Positions 1-13,754 of a DNA stretch of 64,000 nt are shown here, one piece after another (positions within the stretch are counted from its first letter, which is position 1; each line of letters opens with the position of its first letter). A program made the translations under genes and the position numbers. Source of the DNA: Blepharisma stoltei ATCC 30299 (Eukaryota > Protista > Ciliophora); assembly GCA_965603825.1 (NCBI GenBank), contig CBFDEM010000012.1, forward strand, positions 558,001 to 622,000, written 5' to 3'. The notes under the pieces were generated by a model. The model was not told the DNA's origin, made no database searches, and saw nothing but the letters and a program-made list of their open reading frames with translations.

Positions 1-984
1 ACTATCAGCTGTTTTTTTCTTTCGACTCTCTTCTAAGTCAGGCAAGTCATCAATACTGCCTTTCTGTAGATAGAGGTTTATAGGCTTAGCCTGGACATAT
101 GGGACCCTCGCTTCATTACTTGCTTTTATCTTTAGCAATGGTTTTATCTTATCAATCACATTGCTTTTGATAGTGCTTGGAATGACAAATTCATGCTGCC
201 CTGCTAATCTTTTTAAGTGTTTGATCTTGTCATTAATATCTTTTGTAATTTTAAACTCGTCAACTGCTTCTTGAGACCTTTATAAATATTACTCTACATA
301 TATCAATATTTCTGGCAGCATTTCCAATTCAGAGCAACCCATAATTGCTTTTTCCCAAGTTGGATATTCGCTTACATCATATATTTTATACAAAAGCCAG
401 GCATTTTTATCTCTTATAAGAGAAAAGCTTAGGTTTCCTTTCTTTACTGTAAGCCCTCTTAGTTTTTTGGTGTCAACTGAGGATGTAATGAACCTCCATA
501 GATTTTGTGGATTTTTAAAGTTCTTCATGTCAAGAAACCTGTACACAGCTATATCCTGTGATGGGTTGGAAAAACTTTTAATGCTAGGATTGCCCTCAAC
601 TTGCTTCTCTGAAATTGATACAAAAGTGCTTGGTAGAATCCCTCTAAGCTCAGCTGCAAGTTTTTGGTAAGCTTCATCTGCTTCAGTCTCCATGAATTGA
701 CTATAGAAGTCTTCTGCACTCATAGAATTTCTGGACATTTTCTGCATAGAAATTACTTTCAGCCGGCTTCCTAGCTCACTTTCGTCGAACTTCGCCTTAG
801 AGATCTTATCAATTATCTGGCTATCAGATAATCTGAATTATTCTTACAGTATTTTTATGATCGACCTTGCAGCACTCTTATAAATGTTAATATTGCCATC
901 AGTTCCACTATCTTCAGCTTTTTTTCCTGTAGGTTTTTGGATCTTTATTTCCTTTTTAGATAGACTTTGGAAGAAATCGCCCAT
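1..984 (-). CDS. Hypothetical protein, 3' end runs off the window; introns 833-847, 742-756 (probable), 278-292
   Basis: ATG at 984 (MGDFFQSLSKK). Frame stays open to position 1 once the 15-nt GT-AG introns are removed. Confidence 0.75.
278..292 (-). other. 15-nt intron GTAATATTTATAAAG
   Basis: Removes an in-frame TAA; frame then open to the window edge. Confidence 0.8.
833..847 (-). other. 15-nt intron GTAAGAATAATTCAG
   Basis: Removes two in-frame TAA. Confidence 0.8.
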
Positions 985-1021
985 TTTTGTCTGATCTACA
1001 ATTAATTATAATATTAATTAA

Positions 1022-4000
1022 CTACCCGGCAAACTCAGGATTGTCCTTTAATACTTCATAAAGTGCTAAAGTGGCAAGTTTATTTTGGACTTTTAGAGCG
1101 TCTCTTGCCCATAGTAAATTTGATACAACTCTTTCTAATTTATTTGTCCCGTGCTCTTTGAGCAGATTTTCTGTAATTTGGAGCACTCTAATAATACTTG
1201 GCTGAAGGCTCTCAAGAAATATGTTTCTCTCCATATAAATGCACCTTTCACAGAAGTTTTTAAGCTGCTCCAGCGCAAAAACTGAGTACTCTAAGTTAAA
1301 TTTTCTGTGATTTTTTAAGCCCAAGCTCGCAATATCAAGCATAGCTGCGCATATTTCAGTCGCTTCCAACATCACAACCAGTGGTGTTTCTTTCATTCTC
1401 AATAATTTTATTGTTTCTTCTTCATCTCTTTCAAAAACCTTTATAAAAAGTGTATACAAATAGCCTCTAAAATACTGTCCTACATCATAGCTATGATTTA
1501 CCCTATCAAAAAACTTATCAATAACTTGGCTTGAAGACACATCAGTCGGCCCCACTTCTAATCACAACTCGAAATCTTCTTGGCTAAAAAATACTTTGAC
1601 AATATCTTCAAGGTTTTGTAAAGGAGTTAGAGTGGTCCGAATACTCCCCATTCCTGTAGCGAAATGCAAGTTAAAATAGACGTGGACTGCAATAAAATGA
1701 GCCTCCACATCTAGGTCTTTGTCGCCTTTATAGGGAATTATATATCTCAGCCATACTGGTGTATTCATTTGGTAAGCTGAAAGCAAAAGACCAAGCGAAT
1801 TTTCACGGTCACTTGGGGATATTAGGTCCTGAAAGGAAGCAAGAGGCTCGTCTGAGTGGGAGGTATAAAATCCACTTACAAAGGCATCGGTGCTGAAATC
1901 AAGCCAAAGTGCGTATCTTATGAGAAGATCTAAAAATGAATGTGTGCCTGCATTAAATGAAGGCCCATTCATATAAAATCCATAGCTGACATGTCAGAGC
2001 GTGGCCTGCTTTCTGAATGCTAATGAATTCATCACGCTTTGCCCACAAATACTGGATACTATTCTCAAGTTATATCCTTCAGGCAATGATTCATTAGCCG
2101 ATAAATGCAAAACTTCATATGGGTATAAAATAAGTTTAAAAAATCCTATTTCATCAGCATTCGACACGAATAAAACCTCTTCAAAGCCAATTATATAAGG
2201 AAGCTGAGAGTTTTTATAATTTTCTCCAGTTGGGTCACTTTGATACATTTGTCCCTGGACAATATTGGGGACTCTGCAATTGTTGTCTAAAATATCATTT
2301 TGGTCAGCATTAAACATATCGTATTTGAATATTTCGCACATTAACTTCATTGCAAAAATTTTCAAGGGGTTTGGCAGTAAAGGGTAGCTCAGCAATATAT
2401 CTCTTGTAGTAAGGATAAGTGTTTCCATAACTCCTGTCTTAGCGATATACTCACATATAACTTGATACTCCATGTTTTTCTTAGTTTTCTGCTTTTTCAC
2501 TTCTTCTTTTAAGTCAAAAACCTGCTCTGTAAGTTTTCCTTCTAATAGCTCACTATGAGAAAGATATTGCTGAACGTTATAAGCTGAAAGGAGTCTTGAT
2601 AATAGTTCATTTACTGCTGGACTTTGTCTTAGAAGCATTTCTGTAGTGTTTTGAGCAAGACTTCGACAGATATATTCAAGCCTGTCTAATATAATCAACG
2701 TATAAGAATGAAAATCTAAAGTCCTTGACTTATTGACTGATATAAAATTTAGCATGTTTTTGGTTAATTCTCTTAATAAAAGCATCTCAGCACTTGAACA
2801 GTCTCCAAAAATATCAAGCATTCCTTCCTTAAACCCTACAAAAAGCCCTTCAGCTAGCTTTTGAAAATGGCTGAAATTGGTGTCATAATATGCATTAATC
2901 AATATTTTCAGTGCAAAATTAAGTTTCTGCATCCTGTATAGTTTTGAGCTGTTATGTGCAAATATTTGTAAAAGCTCTTCGATTAAGGCGGCATTTTTGG
3001 AGCTCTCACTCGTGCACAATACGAGCAAAAATACTTCTCATAGCATTGTGATTATTTTTCCTTTTTTGTAGTATTTTATTATTTGTTCTCTTTTAGATTC
3101 TAAGTATTTTTGAATGTGAGGGGTGTCATATGGATTCTTTTTCTCGGTATAGAACATTTCAGCATAGTTTCGTGCTGAATCTGGATTTGGGAAAACTCCT
3201 TGAAATAGCGAAATCATAGGAATATGAGAAGTGGTTTCATAGACAAGTGGAGAGTCTGGCTTAGAGTAGTGCATTACGTATGATTTTTTGGTCGTAATGT
3301 ATTGAAAATGATCAGATACCGCAGCTTCTGACGAATTCACAAACCTAGTTGGTGTCGATGCCCTAACCATATCTCTGATCCCTACTCTTGCTAAATCTTG
3401 TGTAAAAAGCAGCACCCTTATATAGCTCCTTCTCTTCTGTACAATAGCGCTTTTCAATTCCGATATAAACAGCTGCTTATTTTCTTTTATTTCTTCAAAA
3501 GTCACTTTTTTAACATAATTTGTCTGTGGATCCTGCTCTACATAAAAATCTCTTATAAGATTCAGCGAATTATTTGAACCGAGCCTCATGACGTCCTCAT
3601 ACACAAACTCAGCAAATAGCTCAAAAGACTGCTCAAAATTAGGCCCAGTCACAAAGCACTCTGCCCTAATTTCTAGCTGAGTCGGTGCAATTTCAGGGAC
3701 ATGGATCAAGCTAGATCTAAATAATTCTCCACCTAAAACAGCTATTCTTGACTGTAACTTATATTCCCCGTAGCTTCGTTTTTGTTCTGTGCAGAATTCT
3801 TTTAGGACTTTGATAAGAATTTTGGTCGATTTTGGGTTTATATAGTGCAGAAGATGAGGCAAGCTTCATAGCTCGACTTCATTAGTAACATTTGTGATTC
3901 CAAATTTTTGGGGCAGCTCTAGACGGTTCATTTGGTATTCGCGGACTTTTATTTGCAGTCGTTTCAAGTCATCTTTAGCTGCAAAGTAGGTAAAATGTCG

Positions 4001-4138
4001 GGATAAAGCTCCAAACGGGTTATCAGGAAGTGTGTCAGCTGAAATCAGAGTCCTGATACTATTTTGTACAAGAAATTCGATATTTGAGGATTTTACGTAT
4101 TCCAAAACGATTTTTTGGTGTTTGGTTGAGTTTTCCAT
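1022..4138 (-). CDS. 1038-aa protein with two RIIa/DPY-30-like docking motifs
   Basis: Five track ORFs are in one frame, separated only by TGA (3866, 3038, 1994, 1562); ends TAG at 1022. Motifs LEYVKSSNIEFLVQNSIRTLISADTLPDNPFGALSRHF and CEYIAKTGVMETLILTTRDILLSYPLLPNPLKIFA. Confidence 0.8.
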
Positions 4139-4168
4139 TGTTATGAATTTAATTAAAGTAAGTTATTA

Positions 4169-4873
4169 ATGTCAAAAAGTTATTACCCTTTCTTAAAGCC
4201 TTCAAAACAGACATGAGTGCCTTGGAACAAGCTCACAACGCGCTCATTCAGTCAAGATCTTAACAAAGTTTTAAGGTCTTCCAGAGCAAAAAGCCCATCA
4301 ATGCAAAAAATCGCAGTCCATAATTCTTTACAGATCTCCCCAATTAAACCAAAGCCGCCAAAGCATAGCCAAGACAATTCTCCTACATTTTCAATAGATT
4401 CCTCCTGCAACATTTCTGCTGATTTTTATTTCCGTTTGCCTTCATTTGTGAAAGATTTAGACTCTGACCGAACAAGACCAAAAACTGCAAGGTCCAAAAG
4501 GAATGTCGAGGTTGGAGAAACTCCTGACTCCTTTATAGAAAATTATCACCCCATTAATAGAGGGTATTCAAAAGAGCAAGCTGGGAGTATGCTAAAGAAA
4601 AAACTAGAGCCGAGGCAAATAAAAATTGTTTTTAAGTCATTTCAAACAAAAAGGTCCTTATCTCCAAAGAAAAGGCCGATGGAATATTATTCAGCGAGAA
4701 AATTACAGAATAAAGAAAGTGCAAGAAAAGAAGAACCAGTTGTTGTAGGAAGTAAAGTAAAGAGATATTATATGGAAAAACCAATGACTGAAAGAGAAAG
4801 ACATCGAGATTCGACGAGGACTGATATTTTTATGACAGATGAAATGTTTATGATGCCTAAGTTTTCAGTGTAA
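4169..4873 (+). CDS. Hypothetical basic S/K/R-rich protein
   Basis: ATG at 4169 is in frame with the 4217 ORF through TGA(W) at 4214; TAA stop. Confidence 0.7.
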
Positions 4874-4886
4874 ATTATTTTTATCA

Positions 4887-6668
4887 TTATTTTTTTGGTC
4901 TTCTTTTATGATTGTATGGTCTCACTGCTGGTGGGCCAATCATTAAAGCTAATTGAGGGTTTCCATATGTTTTTTTCTCAGATCCGGTGCTATAATTTCT
5001 TGATCGCTGCGAAGAAAGTGAAGTGGTCGATTCCATGTCTGATGAATTTGTTTTTACTCGATTTTCTGCTTCTGATATAAAATCAAGTACATCTACATAA
5101 TTATTTGCTTTAATTTGTTTAACAAGGTTAATTGGACAAGTTGTATTTGGGGAAAATGTTTTATACGATTTTTTTTCTTTTAACGGAACTCTTGATGTAA
5201 GCGATTGATTCCTTTCGATAGAGTTTGATCTTTTCTTAGTAGGAATATTTAATTTTTGGGGTTTTGATACAGGAGTTTGTGAGCATCGAGCTCTCACAGT
5301 TTCAATATCAGCTTGAATTTTCCCATTTTCAAAATAAAATTTTGGGGTTTCTTTTGTCATATCTCTATAAGGCGACTCGAAATTTTCATTAGCCCTAATT
5401 GTATTTGATAAAGGACTTTCGTTAATATCACTATTTTTTGTAGTAGGGAGAGGAAGTTTTAACAAGTTTTGCTTCATTCTTATTGTAATTGGAGGCCTTT
5501 TGTCTGGAGTCATTGTGAAAGCGAACGATTTTAGGTTGGAAAATTCTGAAAAGGAAATAAAATCTTCTGGATTTATTACTGTAAGCCTTGGTAGCAGAAT
5601 TTTGATCTCTTCGTAGATTTTCTCTCTTGCTTCAATAGGATTACCTTTAACAGAGAGCGTGGTGAGTTTTTGCATTATCGATAAAGTTGCAATACTTTCA
5701 AGAGTCTCTATTGAATTTTTAGATATATCTAGTAGTGCAAGCTTATCAATTTGGCATAAACTGTTTACATTTTTTAACGAATTGCAGCTCAGGTATAGCT
5801 CTGTGAGATTCTTCACCTTTCAAAGTCCTTTAAGAGTGTGGATTTTGTTATTTCCTAAGTTTAAGAGTTTGAGATTTTGATGAGACTTAGACAACTCAAA
5901 TTCTTCAATTTCATTTGTGCTTAAATTCAGAATAATCAATGATTTAGGTAGCTCAAAGCCTTTCAAAGATATTGAGTTTCCTGATAGATTTAAATAAAGA
6001 AGATCATCATTTATCAATGAATTTGGAAACGTCAATTTCTCTAGTTGAAAGGAAAGATTTATTGAGTTTTGCTTTGTCGGCTCATCATGCTTTGACTTTT
6101 TATTCAAAGTGCTCAGTCCGCTTAATAGAATTTCATCAGTTGAGAATGTTTTATTCTTTTCAATTTGTGGCGGTCGAAAATCTCTTAAAGAGAAAATATC
6201 CTCAGCTTGTAGTGTTTCTTTTGTATTGGTACAATTTATTATGCTGCTTAATTGCTCAATTGTGTCTGTTGTATCTGAAGCTTTATCAAAGCCATTGATA
6301 TCTCGTATGCACGAAATCAATTGAAGAGGTCTGTTTTCTTCGAAATTGTTTTTTCGTTTAAAAGAGCTTATTTTGATTAAAGTGTCAAGAATTTGGTCTC
6401 ATGAAAGCATGTCTTGTTTTAAGGTTTCAAATTCTGACAAAATATCATTTAAGGATAGAAATTTTGATTTTGAAAATAAAATATATGATTGCTCGTCTTG
6501 TAAATTAAAACTTGTTGAGCTTTTTTTTATTTCATCAATAAATTTCTGTTTACTGATTTTTTCAAGTGGATTTTCCCTATTTGTGCAAAATTTCTCAAAA
6601 ACCCGCTCTGCTGCTTTGAATCACTCCATTCGGCTCATTACGCCGATTGCATTTGAATTTGATTTCAT
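4887..6668 (-). CDS. Leucine-rich repeat protein (SDS22-like LRRs, low-complexity tail)
   Basis: LxxLxLxxN repeats (LLYLNLSGNSI, LIILNLSTNEI, LKLLNLGNNKI, LTELYLSCNSL). ORFs joined by TGA; ATG 6668. Confidence 0.8.
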
Positions 6669-6889
6669 TTTTGTAATAAATAAAAGGGAAATAAAGCGAT
6701 TTTATTTATAATAATTAGTTTTTAAATTATTAGTAAATTTATTTGTAAGAATTCTGCATCAGTATTATGTATAGAATGAATAGCAAGAATCCTTACTATA
6801 TAAAAATTTATTATATATGTTAACGCCAAGGAGATTTAAAAAATCAATAAAATCCTATAGAATCTGTTTAAGATAAGAATTATCCTTAT

Positions 6890-8932
6890 TTAATCGAATG
6901 AAACCTGAGGATCATTTTCAAACATGAAGCTTCTCAAGACTGTAGGTCCGCTGAAAAGTCCATTCCCAGCACGATAGGTGTCTATAAAATAATCTTCTTC
7001 ATCTAAAGCAAGCTCTGAAAAATCATCCTCAGTATGCCAAGTCACCATAGGAGAATCCTCATTTTCAGCTATGGAGTTATTCAAATTCGTGCCTGTTGTA
7101 TAGCTTGCTGCTGTATTTTCATCAGATGCTATAGAGCACCTCAATTCAGTCTTTACTCTTTTTTTAGAAAGAAAACTGTTATTGGCAAATATCTGATTTT
7201 CCTGAACTAGAGGCTTAGATGGCTTATCATTTATTTCAATAGCAAATTTCCTTGGCTTTTTTTTAGATTTTTTGGTTTTATTATTCTTTTCTAGTTTCAC
7301 CTGTTGTGGCTCAGAACAAATTTCTTGGGAAATTTCCTGCTCAATCTGTTTTTCTGCTTCTTGTTTTTGGAGGAAATATGGAGGCTCATAGGTTTGTGGG
7401 ATCCAAATAAAACTCTCTTTTATTTCAAATTTCGAAGATACCATCGTAAATTTAAAAGAATTTTTGGTTTTGCATACATTCCGACCCAAAGTGAGTGAAA
7501 GAGCCAATGTAATTGAAAAAATAAATAATATAACTATTTCAATCCCTCTTAATGTATATAGTTTAAAGTTGGCATATGCAGATTTTTCAATAATATGGAC
7601 TGGAAAATTCAAATTGATGCCAATTTCTATAATTTCAATATCTGTATAGATTTCCATATGATAATTAGCTGAAAATTCATGAAAATCTGGCGCATATAGC
7701 AAGCTGATCTTATAAGAAAACCCAGGATCAATTTTTATGCTTTCACCGCAAGGATAAAGAATAAATCCATGCATCTCACAGCTAGCCCCATCTAAATAAA
7801 TACCTTTAATTGATGCTTGAACCTGCCCTGAGTTTAAAAGTGTAAAGTCCTTTCTAAAAACTAGCTCATTATCTAGCCTGTCACTTTCTGATATATGAAA
7901 ATTTAGTAGCCCAGATTTAGAGTCAAGAATACTCAGACTATAAGAAATTCCTTCAGCAACAATTTTTATGTGCTGCACCAATTTAGAACCGTTTCTAATA
8001 AAAAGTGAAGCTGAATATTTTTTGGCATGATTTGGCTGGAAAACTAATGCCCCAATATTACCTATACTATGAGGAGGTATTATGAAAATTTTACGCTTTT
8101 CCAAATAGAATGGAAAATCCATTGATTTGTTTTCATATGAATTTGATGAAAATAGAATTTCATCAAAATCGTTGTTTCCTAAGCCAAGTCCACTTAAAAG
8201 TTTCCCATATAAATTAACACTTTCTAGAGTCCGTTTAAGTTTTGGCGATTTTCTATTAGTAAGTGTTTTGATTATTTCAATTTCAGTGTCTTTTTCGCAT
8301 TCAGAAGATTTGGGCAAATGCTCAAACTCATCTTCTTCATTGTAATAAAACTCATTTTTGCAGTGCTTATAATTCAGATGAATATTTGCAGGGGCTATAA
8401 ATAATTCAACAAATACAGGCTCATTTGATGTATTTTCGAATTCTATTGTTTTTTCATTTTTATGCTCAATACTGACTTTTCCTAGATCAATTTCTGAATA
8501 TATAAGATTTTCATTAATTTCAGTGATTTCCTTATATGTGATAGATCTTGGCTTTTTCCTCAGGTCATTATTAAAGCTAGTAATCTTCTTATTTCCATTG
8601 ATGAAGATATCAGAAAAAGGATTTGAAGAATTTTCAAACATACTTAATCATTGGGTTTTCAATCATCCAGGCATAGCTTCTAAAATTTCAGGACCCAAAA
8701 ATTCATTCATTTCAGTCATTGAAATATTGCGCATATGCATGTCTTCGCATTTAATTGAATGGAATAATGAAGATGGGTCATTAGGATTGAAAAAAGGTAA
8801 TGGATATTTGGAGCTTTGAAAATTGGTGGCTTTATTTGGAGAGGGATCTGAAGTTCAGTATAGCTGCGAGCAGGATATTAAGGCTGAAACAGTACTGAAT
8901 AGGCAAACTAAAGTAAATAAAAAAGTCATCAT
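6890..8932 (-). CDS. TMEM131-like membrane protein (signal peptide, Ig/ASH-like domains, one TM)
   Basis: ATG 8932 with signal peptide MMTFLFTLVCLFSTVSA, in frame via three TGA. FTLLNSGQVQASIKGIYLDGASCEMHGF...LLYAPDF resembles TMEM131; TM IVILFIFSITLALSLTL. Confidence 0.7.
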
Positions 8933-9298
8933 GTATATTTTTATTATCATGAATAATAAGAAACAAAATAATGACTAGGTATTATGAAGAGCTTTATTGT
9001 AGTTTCTGTGAAAATATTAAATTTTATTGACTTTTAAGACGGTTACGCACATTTCATTGGGATTTAAAATGAATTATTTGTTTATTAAGATGATAAATTA
9101 ATATTCATAAAAGGAGTTTATTTTATATGTTATTTAATATTATCAATTATCAGCAATACTAAACCTAAGTTTTTTAAAATTTAAATGAGTAGATTTTTTT
9201 TGAAATCTTGACAGTTTTTTATCAGTTTAAATAACTTATTAATAAATTACAAGTAAGTTTGAGAGATGATTAATTGTTTTTATTAAATATTAATAAAG

Positions 9299-11086
9299 CT
9301 AATTTTTCGAAGCTCGGATCAAAAAAATATAAATTGAATCAATTGGTATAAAAGTAAAATCCGCGTTTATCCATTTCATTTCATTCCCAATAAATAGTCC
9401 TATTTTTTGTCTTTTCAAAGCATTAGAGGCATTACTTTTTATTATTTCAACAATTTTGCTCAACAACTCATGCGAATTTTCAAATATTTCATTTATTATA
9501 GTGCCTACAATCCTTTCCTGCTTAAGGTTGAATAACTCTGCAGCGTGGGCATTTGCTTTTAAAATAAGCCCTTCAAAGTTGACATGCAAAATTGCTTCTT
9601 TGGTGGCTTGAAAGCAAACTTCATTTAAATCTGAAGCTTGCAAAATCCCTTCCAAATTGCTTGAAGCTGTCATTAAATTTTCATAAATAGACAAAAAATT
9701 TATTAAAATCCTTTGGCTGTTTTCCTTGAATTTATTAGTGCCAGCTTTATTAAGACATAAAATAGCGCCTTTCTGATTTATTGGATAGCATAAGGCTTCT
9801 TTGAATTTGAAATTGCTATCAAACTTAAGATCTGGATGATTTTCTGCATCAGTTATAATGATTGGATTTTGGGATATTAAAGCTTCATTTGCGATTATAT
9901 CACTAGCGGAATTAGGCTCTACACCTAGCAATACTGTGCTGGATATTTCTTTATTATTTTCATTATAAGTATAAACAGCAACCCCATCACAATTCAGCTG
10001 ATATTTCAAGCAGCTTGTCAAAGAATTCAATACTGGATTAACTAAGGAATCTTTAGACCTCTCAATATATCTATCTGAGTTTATTTTAAATTTAGACAAT
10101 TCTTTCAATAAATAGGTAGCCATTCCTATTGAAAGTTGCTTTACAATTTGCTCAAAAATAGGTAAATCTTCAGATGAAAATTTTGTCCTCTTATTTATGC
10201 ACTCTAAAATTCCAATTAGCTGGTCTCCCACTTTTAAAGGATAGCATAGCACATTATTGACGCTTGTTCTACATATTTTCTCATATTTTCAATCAAACCG
10301 AAAATCATCTGCAGCTTCATTCATATAAAACGGTTTTTCACATGAATATGAAAAATGGCCAAAATCCTTATTTACAACAATTTGTTCAGATATTTCAGTA
10401 TTAATTGCTTTGCAGTAAAACTGATTTGACTCTTCATCATATAGGAAAACAGTTACCCTTTCAATTTCTAAAATATCCGAAATCATTTCAAGAACCCTTG
10501 GAAGAAAAACGTTTTCATAGTTCTGAAAAGCCACATTTCTTAGTGATAAAAAGAAACTTAAAGATTCAAATAAAATTCATCTTAGTTTTGAGTAGTTTTC
10601 CTGTTTTAAGTATTTTGTCAGTGGCTTCATGTCTTTTCTGCTAAATTGGGCATCTAAAATCATTTTTAAAAACCAAGAGCCTGCAAAAGACTTATATAAA
10701 CCAATTTCATCATCAAAAATTGATGATTTTGTGCTTGAAGAAGGCAAAGGTTGAGATGATAATTTTCTCAGAGTTTCAGCATCATAACTCTGATTAAGCC
10801 CTCTAGGCTTGTGCTTTCTTGCAGACTTGTGTGAGGTTTTCGGCTTTTGGTTTATATATGGCATCATTCTTACATGAATTTCTTCATCTTCGCTTGGAAG
10901 GGCAGGCAATGAAGGCAAGTTTTCATGCAATTCATCAGTTATATACTTTATCAACAAATCAACAGTTTGCTTTAAATTAATATTATTTTCTTCAAGAACT
11001 CTAATTTGCTTTTCATACAGTTTGATAGTTTTTTGCTGAGATCTAATCAATGAAACTTTTTCTGAGAAATTGCTTTGAAGATCCAT
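9299..11086 (-). CDS. Coiled-coil + GAF-GAF-PAS sensor protein (595 aa)
   Basis: Three ORFs joined at TGA 10577 and 10289. GAF motifs ERVTVFLYDEE, DDFRFDW and LCYPL...IGILECINK; PAS motif EAILHVNFEGLILKANAHAAELF. Confidence 0.8.
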
Positions 11087-11497
11087 CTTGATAAGATTAT
11101 TTAAGAAATAAAGTGAAGATGGATTAAATTAAAAAATTTATTTTATAGTTAAAGACGAATTTCATTTCAAATGAAGCGCTCGAAAATTATTAAATTAATT
11201 ATGAAAAATAATCAAAAGCTATTAGAAATAATTGAAGCTTTTATTAGTAATTAATTGTTGAGCAGCAAACTTTGATACTCACTGCTTTGATACAGCTGAA
11301 TTCATTAATTAAATTGTAATTTACTTTTTATTTCATATCCTGGACAATTTCATATTTTTAATAAAATTTGCCTATTCAAATATTTCTGGAAACTTTATTC
11401 AACAACTAAGATATTACGAGTAATTATTAAATTTTCTTTGATTAATTATACTAGTTAACTTTTTTCGCTAAATAGACACTATTAGACAAAGATATGA

Positions 11498-11992
11498 TTA
11501 AACCTGTAATGGATGATCGTATAAAATATCGCTTGGCAACTGTACTGAACTTGAAGGACCAGAAATTGGTGGAAGGAAAATTTCTTCCTCCTTCAATTTA
11601 AGGTCAGGAATAAGGCTTTTTTGCTCTAATAATGAAGGAAACAAGCTAAGACAATGTGAAAGCTTCAAATAATATCTTCCACTAACATTTTCTTCTATTC
11701 TCGACGCGTAACTCTTAATAGCAACGTGTATCCTTTTATGAGCTGAAAGTTGGCTACCTTGCCTAAATTTCATCCCACATCCTGGCTCTCTGCATACATA
11801 AGGTTTTTCCCCAGAGTGTGTGAATAAATGCTCATTCAAGTTTTGTTTGGACGATAAAATCTTCAAGCAATGTGGGCATTGATATTTTTTATCTTGCATG
11901 TGTAAAGCCTCCACATGTCGATCCAAATTAAATTTATTTTTGTAAGATCTATTGCAACCTTCAATAGGGCAATTAAAGACCATGTCTTTCAT
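11498..11992 (-). CDS. C2H2 zinc-finger transcription factor (3 fingers)
   Basis: CPIEGC..H, CPHC..HLFTH, SGEKPY linker, CREPGC..HKRIH. Confidence 0.9.
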   Translation of the reverse strand: MKDMVFNCPIEGCNRSYKNKFNLDRHVEALHMQDKKYQCPHCLKILSSKQNLNEHLFTHSGEKPYVCREPGCGMKFRQGSQLSAHKRIHVAIKSYASRIEENVSGRYYLKLSHCLSLFPSLLEQKSLIPDLKLKEEEIFLPPISGPSSSVQLPSDILYDHPLQV

Positions 11993-12706
11993 AATATTCA
12001 ATTTATAAACGAAACCGGCTTGACTGGCTGAAATTATTGTCAAATATGGAGAGAAGAATCTACTTTTACTTAGAAATTTTCTCCGGATGAGAAAATCTGG
12101 CAGATAATTAAAGTATTTTAATTAAAGAAAGGTTTTTTATGGAAGCGATAATCCTTGCAATAGTTCCTAGAGCCAAAAAAAATTAATTAATTATTAAAGC
12201 TTTTGCACCACAAGGACGATTCTAAACGGCAGAAGCCCAGGAATACTTCGATATTGCTCGTAAATTAAACTCAAGGCAAAAATAAGTTTGAAAAAGCCAG
12301 AATAATTAGGAGAGGTTTTATTAATTTTACATTTTACATAAAATGGATTTATAACTATTGATAATTATTAAACTGAATTTATTATTAGATAGACAATTTC
12401 TTATTAAATATAAAACTAAATAATTATAATATTTATTAATTCTTATATTTTTTATGATTGATTATCATTAAAATTAAATGATTTAAAATTTTTTCTAGCA
12501 GGACTTAATGATCCAAAAATTCAGGTTATGATTCATCTACCTAAAAGGGTGGAAAATAAATCAATAGGCCACCAATTATAATTTATCAATTTTTTCAATT
12601 TTTTGAAACCGCTGCTTCAAATATTAAGCAAGTCATTCTATTATCATTAAGCCATGCACAGTATTATAGATTAACCCATATCTTTTAATCTATTGAAAAT
12701 TTAAAA

Positions 12707-13753
12707 ATGGCTTATGTCTTCATTTTCATGATTTGGTTTGCCTCATCTTCAGCAATCTCGCAAAATTATTGCTGATCATACAAATGCAAAGATAGTGAAA
12801 TGGGTTGAGATACTCTTACCTGCGTCTATTCTTCAATTTTTCAATCCACTTATTTTTTAAACCCCTGCTCTTATCCTTTTTATTGCCCTTTAACTCAAGC
12901 TAGCCAACAAAATATAACCTGCATAGAAAAGCAGGCTGATCAGTACGAATCATACCCAGGAGAACCTTGCAACCAAGCAACTGATTGTGCTTATGGGAAT
13001 TGTGTAACGAATAAATGTGTGGGATCCTTAAGATCTGAGTCTTGCTCATCTCATGCAGATTGTGATGTAAGTCTTCGATGCTATAAAAATAGATGCACAT
13101 CTTTAATTAAAGCTGGGGAAACGGGATGCACAAGTGATTATGACTGCTACCCAAATTCTGGATGCAATATTATAGGTTTTACAGGGACCTGCATTGAATA
13201 TTTTTCTTTGCCGTCTGGATCTTATATATCAAGCTGCTCAAGAAGTAAGCAGGCAGGTTTTAATTATTTATGCAGCTCAGGTGTCTGCTTAATGGGGTCA
13301 TTTTTTACAAGTATAGGAACTTGTATAGATGCTCCGGTTTCAAAGCAGATAAACCCTCAGATTTGTAGTGCTGATAGTGATTGTGCTGGAAGTACATCCT
13401 CTTACCAGTTTACTTCGACATGCACATGTGGAATGAATCCTTACGGGACTTCTTATTGCCAACCCTTTTATGGAGACACTCCATATCTTAGTTACTTTGC
13501 TTTATTAAAAGACTTTATGAATTCTTCAGCACTCGAGAACTGCAATACATTAAGAAGATTTAATGAAAATTGCTGAAAATTAGCTAATGAGTCGGAGTCT
13601 TTAATTTCAGCTAAATTTTTGGCTGAAAATTACCCACTGCTGCAAAACAATGATGATTGCACAGAAATAATTTATTTTAAGGACTACTATGGAATTGAAG
13701 AAAATGCTGTAAAACTCCCATTGAGCATAATTGTCTTTGTAATAATAATTTAA
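12707..13753 (+). CDS. Cysteine-rich secreted, probably GPI-anchored surface protein (348 aa)
   Basis: Signal peptide MAYVFIFMIWFASSSA, repeated CxxxxDC motifs, three in-frame TGA, hydrophobic C-terminus LPLSIIVFVIII, TAA 13751-13753. Confidence 0.8.
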
Positions 13754-13754
13754 G

